Shown: one piece after another, positions 19,773 to 29,870 of the stretch | Layout of the letters: each line of letters opens with the position of its first letter | Position numbering within the stretch: the stretch's first letter is position 1 | Assembly (NCBI GenBank): GCA_028279595.1 | Contig: JANQNK010000001.1 | Location: 32,001 to 96,000, forward strand | Source of the DNA: Thermoplasmatota archaeon | GTDB lineage: Archaea; Thermoplasmatota; JAKEGO01 | Direction of reading: 5' to 3' | DNA: 64,000 bases | Notes under the pieces: generated by a model | The model's database searches: none | What the model was told of the DNA's origin: nothing | The model's input: only the letters and a program-made list of their open reading frames with translations | Translations under genes and position numbers: made by a program

Positions 19773-21599
19773 CTACAGTATCTGCATGATGATGTCGCCG
19801 GATGCGACGGTGTCCCCCACTGCGACGAAGATGTCCTTGACCTCTCCATTGTGATCGGCCAGGATATCGCTCTCCATCTTCATTGCCTCGATGACCGCGA
19901 CGGGCTGACCCTCCTCGACCGTGTCGCCGACCGCGACCAGGACCTTGAGGATGGTGCCCTGCATCCCGGTCTCCTGGCCCCCCTCGATGTCTGCGGGGGG
20001 TCCAGCCGATGCAGGAGCGGCGCCTCCCTCGGAAACGGTCATGTATCCGCCCGTAGGTTCGACGCAGACCTCGTAGGGTTCTCCGTCGACCTGGACGTTG
20101 AACTGTGTCGGTATCTGTGCGGGACCGGCGCCGACCCTCTTCTCGGGCGGCTCCTCCTCGATGTATACGTCCTTCAGTTCCGGGAACTGGGCCTTCACCA
20201 TGGCCCTCGTGAACGGGTGGTCCTTGTCAAGCGGCAGCTGGTCAGAGGTGAACTCGGCCTTGTTCTCCCCCTTCAGGAAGTCCAGACCGACCTTCGGATA
20301 GATAGCGTAGGTAAGCACATCCTCCTCCCTCTTGAGGAGGCCCATGCTGTCGAGCTCGTCCCTGCGGATGTCCCAAAGGGGCTCGATGAGGTCCGCCGGG
20401 CGGCACTCGATGACCTTGTCCTTCCAGTCCGAGCCGAGCACGAGCTCCATGATCTCGGGCTTGATCTCGGCCGGAGGCCTGCCGTAGAGACCGCGGCAAT
20501 AGTCCTTGGTCTCCTCGGGGACCTTCTTGTAGCGTCCGAACAGGACGTTCATGACTGCCTGGACACCCACCACCTGGCTCGTCGGTGTGACAAGCGGCGG
20601 ATAGCCGAGCTCCTCCCTGACCCTCGCGGTCTCCTCGAGGACCTCGAAGTACTTGTCCGAGGCACCCTGCGCCTCCAGCTGGGAGACGAGGTTCGAGAGC
20701 ATGCCGCCGGGGATCTGGTGGACCATCACGGACGGGTCGACCTTCATGGCCTCCTGTCTGTGCAGATGCCGGTACTTCTTCCAGACCTCGAGGAAGTACT
20801 TCCTGATCTCCACGAGGTGCTCGAGATCGTAACCAGTGTCCCACTCCGTGCCCTGAAGGGCCGAGACCACTGACTCGGTCGGCATGTGGCCCGTACCCCC
20901 CGATATGGGTGAGATGCACGTGTCCAGTATGTCCACGCCCGCCTCGCAGGCGGCCCAGTAGGCCATTCCGGTCATCCCGCTCGTGGTATGACAGTGGAGG
21001 TCGATGGGAGCCTTCCCGCCAGCCTCCTTGTAACCGTGTATGATGTCGTACGCCCGGGTAGGCGATATCATGCCCGCCATGTCCTTGATGCACACTGTCT
21101 GGCAGCCAAGCTTCTCGAGCTCGAGAAGCTGGCTGACGTAGCGCTCCACCGTATGGACGGGACTGATCGTGTACGAGACGCAACCCTGGGCATGCCCTCC
21201 TTCCTCCAGAACGGCCTCGATGGGGACCTTCATGTTCCGCGGATCGTTCAGGGCATCGAAGACCCTGAACACGTCGCACCCGTTCTTGTGGGCGTAGTGT
21301 ATGAACTTCCTGACCATATCGTCGGGGAAGTTCCAGTATGCCACTATGTTCATCGCCCTTTCAAGCATCTGGAGCGGAGTGTTGGGCAGGTGCTCCTTCA
21401 ATGTCCTGAGCCTGTCCCAAGGGTCCTCGTTCAGATACCTGATCGGTACGTCGAAAGTAGCTCCTCCCCACACCTCAAGGGACCAGAAACCCGCCTCGTC
21501 CATCTTGTCGCAGATGGGGAGCATGTCCTCTGTTCTCATACGGGTAGCCAGAACCGATTGGTGTCCGTCGCGCAATATCTGTTCATGCAGCTGAACCAT
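19773..21599 (-). CDS. pycB: Pyruvate carboxylase subunit B (carboxyltransferase + biotin carrier)
   Basis: LRDGHQS, WGGATFD, IKDMAG, HCH and PLVTPTSQ motifs; EAMKME biotinylation site. Confidence 0.92.
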   Translation of the reverse strand: MVQLHEQILRDGHQSVLATRMRTEDMLPICDKMDEAGFWSLEVWGGATFDVPIRYLNEDPWDRLRTLKEHLPNTPLQMLERAMNIVAYWNFPDDMVRKFIHYAHKNGCDVFRVFDALNDPRNMKVPIEAVLEEGGHAQGCVSYTISPVHTVERYVSQLLELEKLGCQTVCIKDMAGMISPTRAYDIIHGYKEAGGKAPIDLHCHTTSGMTGMAYWAACEAGVDILDTCISPISGGTGHMPTESVVSALQGTEWDTGYDLEHLVEIRKYFLEVWKKYRHLHRQEAMKVDPSVMVHQIPGGMLSNLVSQLEAQGASDKYFEVLEETARVREELGYPPLVTPTSQVVGVQAVMNVLFGRYKKVPEETKDYCRGLYGRPPAEIKPEIMELVLGSDWKDKVIECRPADLIEPLWDIRRDELDSMGLLKREEDVLTYAIYPKVGLDFLKGENKAEFTSDQLPLDKDHPFTRAMVKAQFPELKDVYIEEEPPEKRVGAGPAQIPTQFNVQVDGEPYEVCVEPTGGYMTVSEGGAAPASAGPPADIEGGQETGMQGTILKVLVAVGDTVEEGQPVAVIEAMKMESDILADHNGEVKDIFVAVGDTVASGDIIMQIL

Positions 21600-21821
21600 G
21601 GTCACATCTCCCGTGCCAGCCGACACCTTCGGCCATTTAACTCGGTCGGGTAGTTAAAGGTTGCGGCCATGTCTGGACAAATAAGATAGACACGCCAGCC
21701 AGGGCGCTCTTTATCACAACGGCACTCCTGGATGGCCGAGAATATGCCAGTATACCCTCGGAATATCAAGCATTGTTCGAATAACCCGAAAATATGGCCA
21801 TTACGACGTTCGTCGACCTTT

Positions 21822-23495
21822 TCAGGATATCGAATCGATGAATATCTCATCGACGCCTAGACCCTTCAGGAACTCGAGCTTCTGGCCCACCCGCATCGTG
21901 TACTTCTCCATGAACACGCTCATGTCCATGGGGATCCTGCCGTACTTGTCGTCGAAGTCCTCGATATCGATGCATCCCTTTACAGGGACCTTGCCGTCAT
22001 AGATGTCGGAATCGGTCCACTCGACGCTGTTCCGTGCCACCTGGAGGAGGATGTCCAATGAGGTTTCCTTGGGGATGTCGTAGCCGAGATAGTTGTCGGT
22101 GTTGAGGACCAACGCCTTCGCTCCGGTCGCCCTCAGTCCTCGGAGGATGCACTGGGCCTCCCAGTCCATGGGGCCGCAGATGAACGGATTGGCACCGGGG
22201 ACCATCTTCAGCCTCCCCATCTGCGAGAATGGAATGTTCTCAGCGCTCGACGGCCTCGTCTGGACGGACATGTAGTAGGCGCTGATCTGGAGCGGGTCCT
22301 CGAGGAGCATCACCGGAGGCATGGTCTCGTTCTTCTGTATGATTATCAGATAATCGGGCCACGGGGCGTTCGGGCTCTCGTCCGCGATGGGAAGCCCCGT
22401 CCGAAGGCTCTCGCACCTGCCGTTGGGCGAGTAGGTGTCGCCGTAGACCAGTTGCCCGTCAGGGGTTATCATGTTGTTCTCGGCGGTGACGACCGTTCCC
22501 GGATAGATGCTTCCCTCCTCCGCGTAGTCGTCCGTCTTATTGTAGAGGTTGTCCTCGAGTCCGATGAGGCCCGTGGACCTGTCCTCCGGTGTGAATATTA
22601 TGGCGAGCGAGTCGTCGTGCCCTATCCTGACGAACTCCCCGGCCTCCGGGTCCAGGCGTTCCGGGTAGGAGTGCATCGACAGCGTGGACTTGCCGGTACC
22701 GCTGAGCCCGATGATGGCGAACGAGGTCGTCGACAGCTTTCCGTCGACGTCCACTATCCGCATCTCCTTGCTGCTGGCGTGGAGCGGCGCCCCGATCCCC
22801 TTGACCTTGAGCATGTGCCATCCAAGACGGAGCATGGCCTTCTTCAGCTCGCCGAAGTACATCGCTCCGCACAGGTATGCGACGTAGTTCTCCCTGTCGA
22901 AGATCATCAGCCCCCTCGGAGGGGCGTTCTCCTTGATCTGCGCGATGTTCCAGGTCTCCGACCAGCTCCGTTCCCAGGCTGGATTGACCCAAGTCGGGTC
23001 CACGACTATCATGATGTCTGGATCCCCTTCGCCTGCCGGGAAGTTGTTCACCACAGCGTCCAGCCCGTGCTTCGCGAACGCCTTCGGTAATAGTATGCCG
23101 ACCTTCGCGCTCCACCCGTTCCCCCGTCCGAGGGATGTCTCGACGTAGAGCATCTCGCGGTCCAGGAACCTCATGTTCCTCTCAAGGGTCAGCCTGGAGT
23201 AGAGGTCCCTCTCCCTCGCCGAGCAATATGACAGGTCGATGAACGCGTCCGGCGACCTTGCGGTGACGAAACCGGTATACGAGACCGGGATCGTGCCGTC
23301 GAAGCCGTATCTCTCGGACACGCCCTCAGGCAGCGGAACCTTCGAGAATGCGACGTTGGCCTGGTCCTTCAAATAACCGTAGAGGTCCGACGGCGCGGGC
23401 CTTTCGGGGTTGGTCTGGCCGAAAAGGGAGACGGCCTTCGACCTCAGGAGCTTCTCCGACAGTCCGGACTCGGCCTCGTTGATCCGTGATCTCAT
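21822..23495 (-). CDS. pckA: Phosphoenolpyruvate carboxykinase (ATP), divergent
   Basis: YFGELKK, PLHASSK, GLSGTGKSTLS (P-loop), IGHDD, NGRC and PGANPF motifs. Confidence 0.78.
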   Translation of the reverse strand: MRSRINEAESGLSEKLLRSKAVSLFGQTNPERPAPSDLYGYLKDQANVAFSKVPLPEGVSERYGFDGTIPVSYTGFVTARSPDAFIDLSYCSARERDLYSRLTLERNMRFLDREMLYVETSLGRGNGWSAKVGILLPKAFAKHGLDAVVNNFPAGEGDPDIMIVVDPTWVNPAWERSWSETWNIAQIKENAPPRGLMIFDRENYVAYLCGAMYFGELKKAMLRLGWHMLKVKGIGAPLHASSKEMRIVDVDGKLSTTSFAIIGLSGTGKSTLSMHSYPERLDPEAGEFVRIGHDDSLAIIFTPEDRSTGLIGLEDNLYNKTDDYAEEGSIYPGTVVTAENNMITPDGQLVYGDTYSPNGRCESLRTGLPIADESPNAPWPDYLIIIQKNETMPPVMLLEDPLQISAYYMSVQTRPSSAENIPFSQMGRLKMVPGANPFICGPMDWEAQCILRGLRATGAKALVLNTDNYLGYDIPKETSLDILLQVARNSVEWTDSDIYDGKVPVKGCIDIEDFDDKYGRIPMDMSVFMEKYTMRVGQKLEFLKGLGVDEIFIDSIS

Positions 23496-23500
23496 CCGTT

Positions 23501-24460
23501 TCAGCCCTTGAGCTTCCGACCCAGGCTGGCGAAGCGGGCCAGGAGGCCCTCCAGCTGGATCCGTTCGGTCCCGCCCTCGATCAGCCTGTAGTCCACCTCC
23601 CCCAGGTGGAACAGCATCTCGATCTTGATGTCGTCGGGGATGTTGAGCTTGAATATCTCGCGGTGCATCTGCCTCAGGATGTCGACCCCGGAGAGGCCGT
23701 TGTCTATGAGCAGCTTGTCCAGGATCCCTCGGGCCGTGGTGAAACTGCCCTTGAGGGACTCGTCCAGTATCTTGGATATCTCCTCGGGCCTAGCCGAGGC
23801 GGTCACCTGGTAGATCGAATCTGCGGTGACCTTGCCGTCGAGCACTGCACCGACCTGGAGGGTGTTCACCGACCGCCTCATGTCACCCTGTGCGACGTAG
23901 AGTATGGCCTGGATGGCCTCGTCCTCGATGTCTATCTTCTCGGCCTTGGAGATCCGGAGCATGTACTCCTTGACCTCGTCGTCGGTCAACGGCCTGAACC
24001 TGAACACCGCGCATCGCGACTGGATCGGGTCGATGATCCGTGAAGAGTAATTACATGAAAGGATGAAACGGCACGACTGGGAGTACTTCTCCATAGTCCT
24101 GCGAAGGGCTGCCTGCGCCGCCTGCGTGAGGGCGTCGGCCTCGTCCAGGAATATGACCTTGAACGACATCCCGATCGGAGCTGTCCTCGCGAAGTCCTTG
24201 ATCCTCGAGCGGACGACGTCGATACCACGCTCGTCACTGGCATTGAGCTCCAGGAAGTTCTGCTTCCATCCGTCTCCGAAGAATCCTTTCGCTAGGGCGA
24301 TGGCGCAGGTGGTCTTCCCGGTGCCTGCCGGTCCTGCGAACAGAAGATGCGGCATGGAGCCAGTGCTGACGTACGAGAGCAGACGCTTCGTGATCTCGGT
24401 CTGGCCGACGACCTCCTCGAGGGTCGCGGGCCTGTACTTCTCGATCCAGACGTCCTCCAA
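23501..24460 (-). CDS. rfcS: Replication factor C small subunit
   Basis: WIEKYRP, GPAGTGKTT, ELNASDERGID, DEADALT and IQSRC motifs. Confidence 0.97.
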   Translation of the reverse strand: MEDVWIEKYRPATLEEVVGQTEITKRLLSYVSTGSMPHLLFAGPAGTGKTTCAIALAKGFFGDGWKQNFLELNASDERGIDVVRSRIKDFARTAPIGMSFKVIFLDEADALTQAAQAALRRTMEKYSQSCRFILSCNYSSRIIDPIQSRCAVFRFRPLTDDEVKEYMLRISKAEKIDIEDEAIQAILYVAQGDMRRSVNTLQVGAVLDGKVTADSIYQVTASARPEEISKILDESLKGSFTTARGILDKLLIDNGLSGVDILRQMHREIFKLNIPDDIKIEMLFHLGEVDYRLIEGGTERIQLEGLLARFASLGRKLKG

Positions 24461-24577
24461 AGGATATCCCCCGTCCGGTCAACGCTCCATGGCATAATAT
24501 TACTTTTGGTCTCATGGGTGAAAGTGACCATGATGACTCCATCCAACTCGCGTTCTCACAACGTTCCCGTCGCATGA

Positions 24578-24618
24578 CCGACGCGCTCGATGACGACCTC
24601 GCGCCGTCATCAACGCGG
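24578..24618. repeat. Dispersed intergenic palindromic repeat, copy B
   Basis: CCGACGCGCTCGATGACG-ACCTCGCGC-CGTCATCAACGCGG. Confidence 0.75.
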
Positions 24619-24687
24619 ATTATTAGTTCTGAGGCACGATATTCGCAATACCTGAACCATTAAATACACCCCGCTCTTTTTCTGGCC

Positions 24688-25581
24688 ATGTTCCCTAAGA
24701 TAGACCCTAGTGCGCATGTCGACCCCCACGCGACCATTCTCGGAGACGTCGTCATCGGACCGGGGGTCTCCGTCTGGCCTGGAGCCGCCATCCGGGGGGA
24801 TCTCAACCACATCGAGGTCGGCGAGGGGACGAACGTCCAGGACAACGCCGTCGTCCATGCGACCGCCACACACCCGACGACGATCGGGAAGAACGTCTCG
24901 ATAGGGCACGGCGCCATCGTCCACGCGTGCACTATCGGCGACACGACGATCATCGGAATGAACGCAACCGTGCTTGACGGCTCCGTCATCGGGAGCGGCT
25001 GCATGATCGGCGCGAACGCCCTTATCACCCAGGGGACCGAGATCCCGGACAACAGCCTGGTCCTTGGAGTACCTGGCAAGGTCGTCAAGACCGATCCCTC
25101 GATGCCCGAGAAGACCATAATCAACGCTCAGACCTATCATAAGCTGAGGGACCTACACAAGTCTGGCAACTGCCCGGACTGGCGTGACTTCCATTACACC
25201 ATACTCCCGATCAGGATGCTCAAGGAGCACGAGGAGACGAAGCCGGAAGCGCTTGCGAAGCTCACCGAAGCGGTCAAGGCCGACGGCGAACTCCAAAAAC
25301 CAATTCTCGTCGACCGATGCCACCATGTGGTACTGGACGGACATCACAGGCTGAACGCCCTGAAGAATCTGAACCTCACGTACGCCCCGGTCTACCTCGT
25401 CGATTACAAGGACGAACGGATAGAGTTAGACTTCTGGCCGGAGGCGAAGGTGCGCGGATTCGGAAAGGACGAGGTAATCGCCACGGCGCTCTCGGGTAAG
25501 GTCTATCCGCCGAAGACCACGAGGCACATCATCAAGATCGATGTACCGAATTTCACGACGTCGTTGGATATTCTGAAGTGA
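24688..25581 (+). CDS. Fusion protein: gamma-carbonic-anhydrase-like left-handed beta-helix + ParB/Srx (SerK/SbnI-like) domain
   Basis: N-terminus has IRGD, NVQDNAVVH and IGHGAIVHAC. C-terminus has LKEHEE, KPILVD, LDGHHR and YPPKTTRH. Confidence 0.85.
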   Translation: MFPKIDPSAHVDPHATILGDVVIGPGVSVWPGAAIRGDLNHIEVGEGTNVQDNAVVHATATHPTTIGKNVSIGHGAIVHACTIGDTTIIGMNATVLDGSVIGSGCMIGANALITQGTEIPDNSLVLGVPGKVVKTDPSMPEKTIINAQTYHKLRDLHKSGNCPDWRDFHYTILPIRMLKEHEETKPEALAKLTEAVKADGELQKPILVDRCHHVVLDGHHRLNALKNLNLTYAPVYLVDYKDERIELDFWPEAKVRGFGKDEVIATALSGKVYPPKTTRHIIKIDVPNFTTSLDILK

Positions 25582-25643
25582 ATGCACAGATCTTCCCTGG
25601 AAGGGTATAAGTAGCATCAGAGGGAATCGATAGTGGGATCAAT

Positions 25644-26993
25644 ATGAGACGGGTGCTGATGGTCGGAGTGGTATTGCTGTTCCTAATTATTATTTCTGGA
25701 ACAGAAGGAAATCCAATTTACATTGATGTGGATGCAGATGTCGAAATTGAAGACGGTTCTATTCAAAACCCTTATTCCACAATCCAGAAAGGAATCGATA
25801 ATGCAACTGCAAATGATAACATAATCATTCGGGCAGGGAATTATCGCCAATTTAGAATCAATGGTTTGAGATCATTGCAGATCTATCCGTACGGATATTA
25901 CAATGATAGTCTAGAATCAGTTACTGTATTCATTCCTCGACACAATAGATCAATCTTCATACATAACTCGACCAATATATTCATTCATGGATTGAATATT
26001 CTAGCTGAAAACGCTTATAATGGCCGTGGGGTCTATATTAACGCCAGTAACAATATTTCAATATCAAACATATCAATCTCACACCATCATTTCGATGGAG
26101 TCCAGATACGAGCTTCCGATTCTATCAAAATTTCGAACTCGAGATTTTACGATTGTGCAAAGGCAATCAAGATTCTCACTTACAATTCCTCCTCGATAAC
26201 CATTGATAATAACACTATAAGTGATTCCACAAATGGCATAAAACTTTTTCATACTCAAGGTGTCATAGTAAATAATAATTCGATTTTTCAATGCTACAGG
26301 GGAATCTATATAGATGAATCGTACAACAACGTTATAACAAACAATGAATTCTATAATAACTCACATTCAGGAGTGACAATTCTCAATAATTCATATAACA
26401 ATTCAGTCTTCAATAATCAATTCGTTAATAATGGGGATCACAATTCACAAGGGATTGATCATGGTGTAAACAACAGTTGGGACGATGGTGCATATGGGAA
26501 TTGGTGGTCAGATTACTCTGGTATCGATATTGATGGAAATGGAATTGGTGATGAACCTTATCACATCAATAGCTCATACAATGTTGCAGACCGATATCCA
26601 TTAATGGATACTACCAACATTTTCACCGTTACGTTATTTATCAATCCCAATCCATCCGTTCAGGGCCAGCTTGTAGACATAATCCTGTCAATAGAGCAAG
26701 ACGTCGATTGGGTAAGCATGAGAGTCTACCTTCACATTGATGGTGACCTTCACGATAGTTTCATGACAGACTTGAATGGAACGATAATTCACCATTTTAC
26801 ATGGAAGGCTTCAAGCAAAGGCACACACGAGATCCGAGTAACCATGGAGGGCGTCGTCACAGAAGAAGTCAACAGGACTATCGAAGTTCGTCCCTCCACA
26901 TCTGATAGCTCTACCTCAATCCCCGACTACGCGTATTTTATATTGGCCGCTACGACGGTCTTCCTCGCTACATACCGACGAAGATCCTTCTAA
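25644..26993 (+). CDS. Secreted right-handed beta-helix (NosD/pectin-lyase-like) protein with C-terminal Ig domain and anchor
   Basis: DGSIQNPYSTIQKGID, Asn-rich repeats, GNWWSDYSGIDIDGNGIGDEPY and DRYPL; AT-rich. Confidence 0.85.
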   Translation: MRRVLMVGVVLLFLIIISGTEGNPIYIDVDADVEIEDGSIQNPYSTIQKGIDNATANDNIIIRAGNYRQFRINGLRSLQIYPYGYYNDSLESVTVFIPRHNRSIFIHNSTNIFIHGLNILAENAYNGRGVYINASNNISISNISISHHHFDGVQIRASDSIKISNSRFYDCAKAIKILTYNSSSITIDNNTISDSTNGIKLFHTQGVIVNNNSIFQCYRGIYIDESYNNVITNNEFYNNSHSGVTILNNSYNNSVFNNQFVNNGDHNSQGIDHGVNNSWDDGAYGNWWSDYSGIDIDGNGIGDEPYHINSSYNVADRYPLMDTTNIFTVTLFINPNPSVQGQLVDIILSIEQDVDWVSMRVYLHIDGDLHDSFMTDLNGTIIHHFTWKASSKGTHEIRVTMEGVVTEEVNRTIEVRPSTSDSSTSIPDYAYFILAATTVFLATYRRRSF

Positions 26994-27069
26994 CGGCAAA
27001 GGATATATCACTTATCAGTTACCACGATTTCGGGAAATCTTATCTAAGACCCCTGTCCTACGAAGTTTC

Positions 27070-27831
27070 ATGCGAGCCGTTCCGCTCATCATCGTGACCG
27101 TACTGATACTCACTGCATTCACAGGATGCGTCGAAGAGGGTTCCGACTCGAAGGGCCGTGCTCCCGTCGGTGATTACAACAAGAAACTGCTGAGGGACAG
27201 CCCTTACCCGGACCTCGTCATCGAGATCGATTACGTCGAGGGATTCCAGCCCTCTAACAGCGCCGTACAGCTCCTGAAGCATCGCATCAACGAGAACAGC
27301 GACAAATCGACCGTTTCCGTCAGCCAGAGCGCCTTCGCCTCCGACGACGATGTCTACACACTTAAGGAGATCAAGAACCTCGAGTCCAGGCACAGGACGA
27401 AGAAGACCGGCGGAGATACGATCGTCGTTCACATCCTCTACCTGAACGGACGGTACTCGGAGAGCAACAACGTCCTCGGGATCGCCTATTACGCGGACGC
27501 ATTCTGCCTCTTCAAGGAGCGCATCGAGGACGTGGCCACCACGGGGATAGACAATCCTTTCCTCGTTTCCGACGAGGACATCGAGGAAGCCGTGATCGTC
27601 CACGAGTTCGGCCATCTCCTCGGACTCGTCAACATGAACTACGAGAGCGAACGGGACCACGAGGACCCCGATCACAAGCATCACTGCGTCCACGAGGACT
27701 GCGTCATGAACGCGCAGATCGAGACCAATGCCATCTCGAACCTCATCAATACGGGCGGGACGTCGAACAAACCTCCGACGGACTTCGACCCCGACTGCAA
27801 ATTCGACCTGAACAAACTCAGGAACGGATGA
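27070..27831 (+). CDS. Lipoprotein zinc metalloprotease (metzincin-like)
   Basis: Lipobox FTGC; HEFGHLLGL; HC..EDCVM Met-turn-like motif. Confidence 0.85.
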   Translation: MRAVPLIIVTVLILTAFTGCVEEGSDSKGRAPVGDYNKKLLRDSPYPDLVIEIDYVEGFQPSNSAVQLLKHRINENSDKSTVSVSQSAFASDDDVYTLKEIKNLESRHRTKKTGGDTIVVHILYLNGRYSESNNVLGIAYYADAFCLFKERIEDVATTGIDNPFLVSDEDIEEAVIVHEFGHLLGLVNMNYESERDHEDPDHKHHCVHEDCVMNAQIETNAISNLINTGGTSNKPPTDFDPDCKFDLNKLRNG

Positions 27832-28359
27832 TCAGGCGATCCTCTTGTAATCCTGCGGATACCTTCTCGAGGCCAGGTCGGCGTAGAGTCCCTTGAACTC
27901 CGTCCACTGCTTGATATAACTGTCACTTACGTCGGCGACTATCTTTGCAGGTACACCGGCGACTATCTTCCTCGCGGGGACGACGTCCTTGTTCTTGACG
28001 ACCGCCCCTTCCGCTACAACGGCCCACTCCCCCACCTGGGCGTAGTCGCTGACCACAGCACCCATTCCTACGACGACCCAGTCCTCGAGGGTGGCATTGT
28101 GGATGATGCAGCCGTGGCCGAGTGTGACCTTCTTCCTGATGGTGCACCTCTCGTCCGGCCTGGCATGGATGACGGTATTATCCTCGACGGCGGTCCCGTC
28201 ACCGATGGTAATGGTACCGTAATCCCCGCGTATCCGAGCTCCAGGGGCGATGAAGCAGTCGGCCCCGATGGTCACGTCGCCGATCACGGTGGCGTCCTCG
28301 CAAACGTACGATCCCCTTCCGATGGTCGGCCTCCTGTCACCGAGCTCGTAGACTGCCAT
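27832..28359 (-). CDS. Gamma-carbonic-anhydrase-family protein
   Basis: IRGDYG, EDNTVIH and LGHGCIIH hexapeptide repeats. Confidence 0.9.
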   Translation of the reverse strand: MAVYELGDRRPTIGRGSYVCEDATVIGDVTIGADCFIAPGARIRGDYGTITIGDGTAVEDNTVIHARPDERCTIRKKVTLGHGCIIHNATLEDWVVVGMGAVVSDYAQVGEWAVVAEGAVVKNKDVVPARKIVAGVPAKIVADVSDSYIKQWTEFKGLYADLASRRYPQDYKRIA

Positions 28360-28451
28360 TGTGTCACCGTCCGTCCAAGGACCGGTTCGGATATAATGTT
28401 TGCTCCGACAGGTGTCGGGGGGAAATGGTTTATGCCCCCGTTCCCCTATCC

Positions 28452-29261
28452 TTGCAGGACTCGGGTGATAGCATACCGGAAAAGCAATTCGCAGTAGGGA
28501 TCGACCTCCACGGCACGCTTCTCGACGACAGATGGGCGATCAGGTCCGACCTTATGGATCCACTCATCGGAGCCATGGACTCCGTCCTGGACATCTGCAA
28601 CATCTACGTCTGTTCCGGCAACGACCTCACATTCATCGAGAAGTACGTCCCCACCGACGTAAGGAAACGGTTCAAGGGATACATCCTCGAGACCGGATGC
28701 GTCCTCTCCGACGGATTCGAGGAGGCGATCCTCGTCCACGCCGATGACGTCGAGGACATCAAGAAGCTAGAGAAGGCCCTGTGGAGGGAGGGCATCCCGA
28801 ACGTCCGGTACTTCGCCAGACGTCTGGCCACCGTCAGCATGTTCACCCGGGACGAGAAGGAGGGAACCCGTCCCGAGGAGATATTCGAACGCGTGAAGGA
28901 GCTCGTCCGGCACATCGGATATGCCAGGAAGGTCTACGTGACCCATTCCAACGTGGCCGTCGACATAATACCGGTCGGATACGACAAGTTCACCGCCCTT
29001 GACTATGCGGCGAAGGGGCTCGGGACCATCGGGATCGCGGACTCCCTCAACGATTCGCACCTCATTCTCAACGCCACCTACGGCTTCGTACCTAGGAACG
29101 CCTCTCCTGCCCTGCTGCAGCTGATCGGAGGCGAGGGGAGGCAGACCGCTGTCATGAGCTCGTCGGACCCCACCCCGGGCGAGATCAGGATAAGCGACCG
29201 GGAGAGCACCGAATGTGTCATCGAAGTGCTCCGTTATATCGACGAGAACCTGCGTCACTGA
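28452..29261 (+). CDS. HAD-superfamily hydrolase (IIB-like); start uncertain
   Basis: IDLHGTL motif I, CSGN motif II, YDK motif III and ADSLND motif IV. Confidence 0.75.
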   Translation: MQDSGDSIPEKQFAVGIDLHGTLLDDRWAIRSDLMDPLIGAMDSVLDICNIYVCSGNDLTFIEKYVPTDVRKRFKGYILETGCVLSDGFEEAILVHADDVEDIKKLEKALWREGIPNVRYFARRLATVSMFTRDEKEGTRPEEIFERVKELVRHIGYARKVYVTHSNVAVDIIPVGYDKFTALDYAAKGLGTIGIADSLNDSHLILNATYGFVPRNASPALLQLIGGEGRQTAVMSSSDPTPGEIRISDRESTECVIEVLRYIDENLRH

Positions 29262-29866
29262 CCCTTCAGGTCGCGCCAGGTCAGGACGCCCCTGTGGATC
29301 GCCGTTACCTGTCCCGCGACCGCGAACAGTATCATGACCATCTCGAAGACCGTGAAATGATAGAGTTCGAAAGAATACTCCAAGGCAGCGTACTGGAAGA
29401 TCGGCGCCAGGATCAGAATGACCATCCTCTCCGCCCTCCCCATGATGCCCGAATAGTTGCGCTTCTTGGTCAGGGCATGCGCCTGGACCCCGAGGTACGA
29501 GACAAGGAGAACGCTCACTATGGCCACGAGTCCGATCTCCGGCCTGCAGTAGGGCCCTATCGCTATCGCACCTATGATGAAGACATCCCCGTAGCGGTCC
29601 AGGACGTGGTCGAGGAAATCACCTCGCTTGGACGCCCGCCCGGTGGCCTTCGCCACCTTGCCGTCCACGGCGTCGAAGCCTGACGACATCAGTATGAAAA
29701 TGCTGGCGAGAAGAAGGTACCACTCGCCCTTGTAGAGGAACAGGCCCGCGACGATCGCCGTCACGAGACCGAGCCACGTCAATGTGTTCGGATTGAATCC
29801 CATGAACGGTTTGGCTATCCCGGACACGACAGGGTCGGCATTCTTCCTGTACTTGTCCAGGGCCAA
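29255..29866 (-). CDS. CDP-alcohol phosphatidyltransferase (archaetidylinositol-phosphate synthase/PgsA-like)
   Basis: NPNTLT and the DAVDGKVAK..S.RGDFLDHVLDRYGD signature; TTG start after GGTGA. Confidence 0.92.
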   Translation of the reverse strand: MALDKYRKNADPVVSGIAKPFMGFNPNTLTWLGLVTAIVAGLFLYKGEWYLLLASIFILMSSGFDAVDGKVAKATGRASKRGDFLDHVLDRYGDVFIIGAIAIGPYCRPEIGLVAIVSVLLVSYLGVQAHALTKKRNYSGIMGRAERMVILILAPIFQYAALEYSFELYHFTVFEMVMILFAVAGQVTAIHRGVLTWRDLKGQ

Positions 29867-29870
29867 TGGA

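Noticed and set aside
19773-21599. Na+-pumping oxaloacetate decarboxylase alpha subunit
   Set aside because: No beta or gamma membrane subunits are adjacent, and pairing with biotin carboxylase indicates pyruvate carboxylase.
18257-21653. Long plus-strand ORFs (510, 396 and 221 aa)
   Set aside because: They are antisense shadows of pycA/pycB, expected from GC-rich codon bias, and carry no motifs.
25190-25581. Chromosome-partitioning ParB
   Set aside because: There is no HTH or dimerisation domain and no parA. The motifs fit the SerK/SbnI-like branch.
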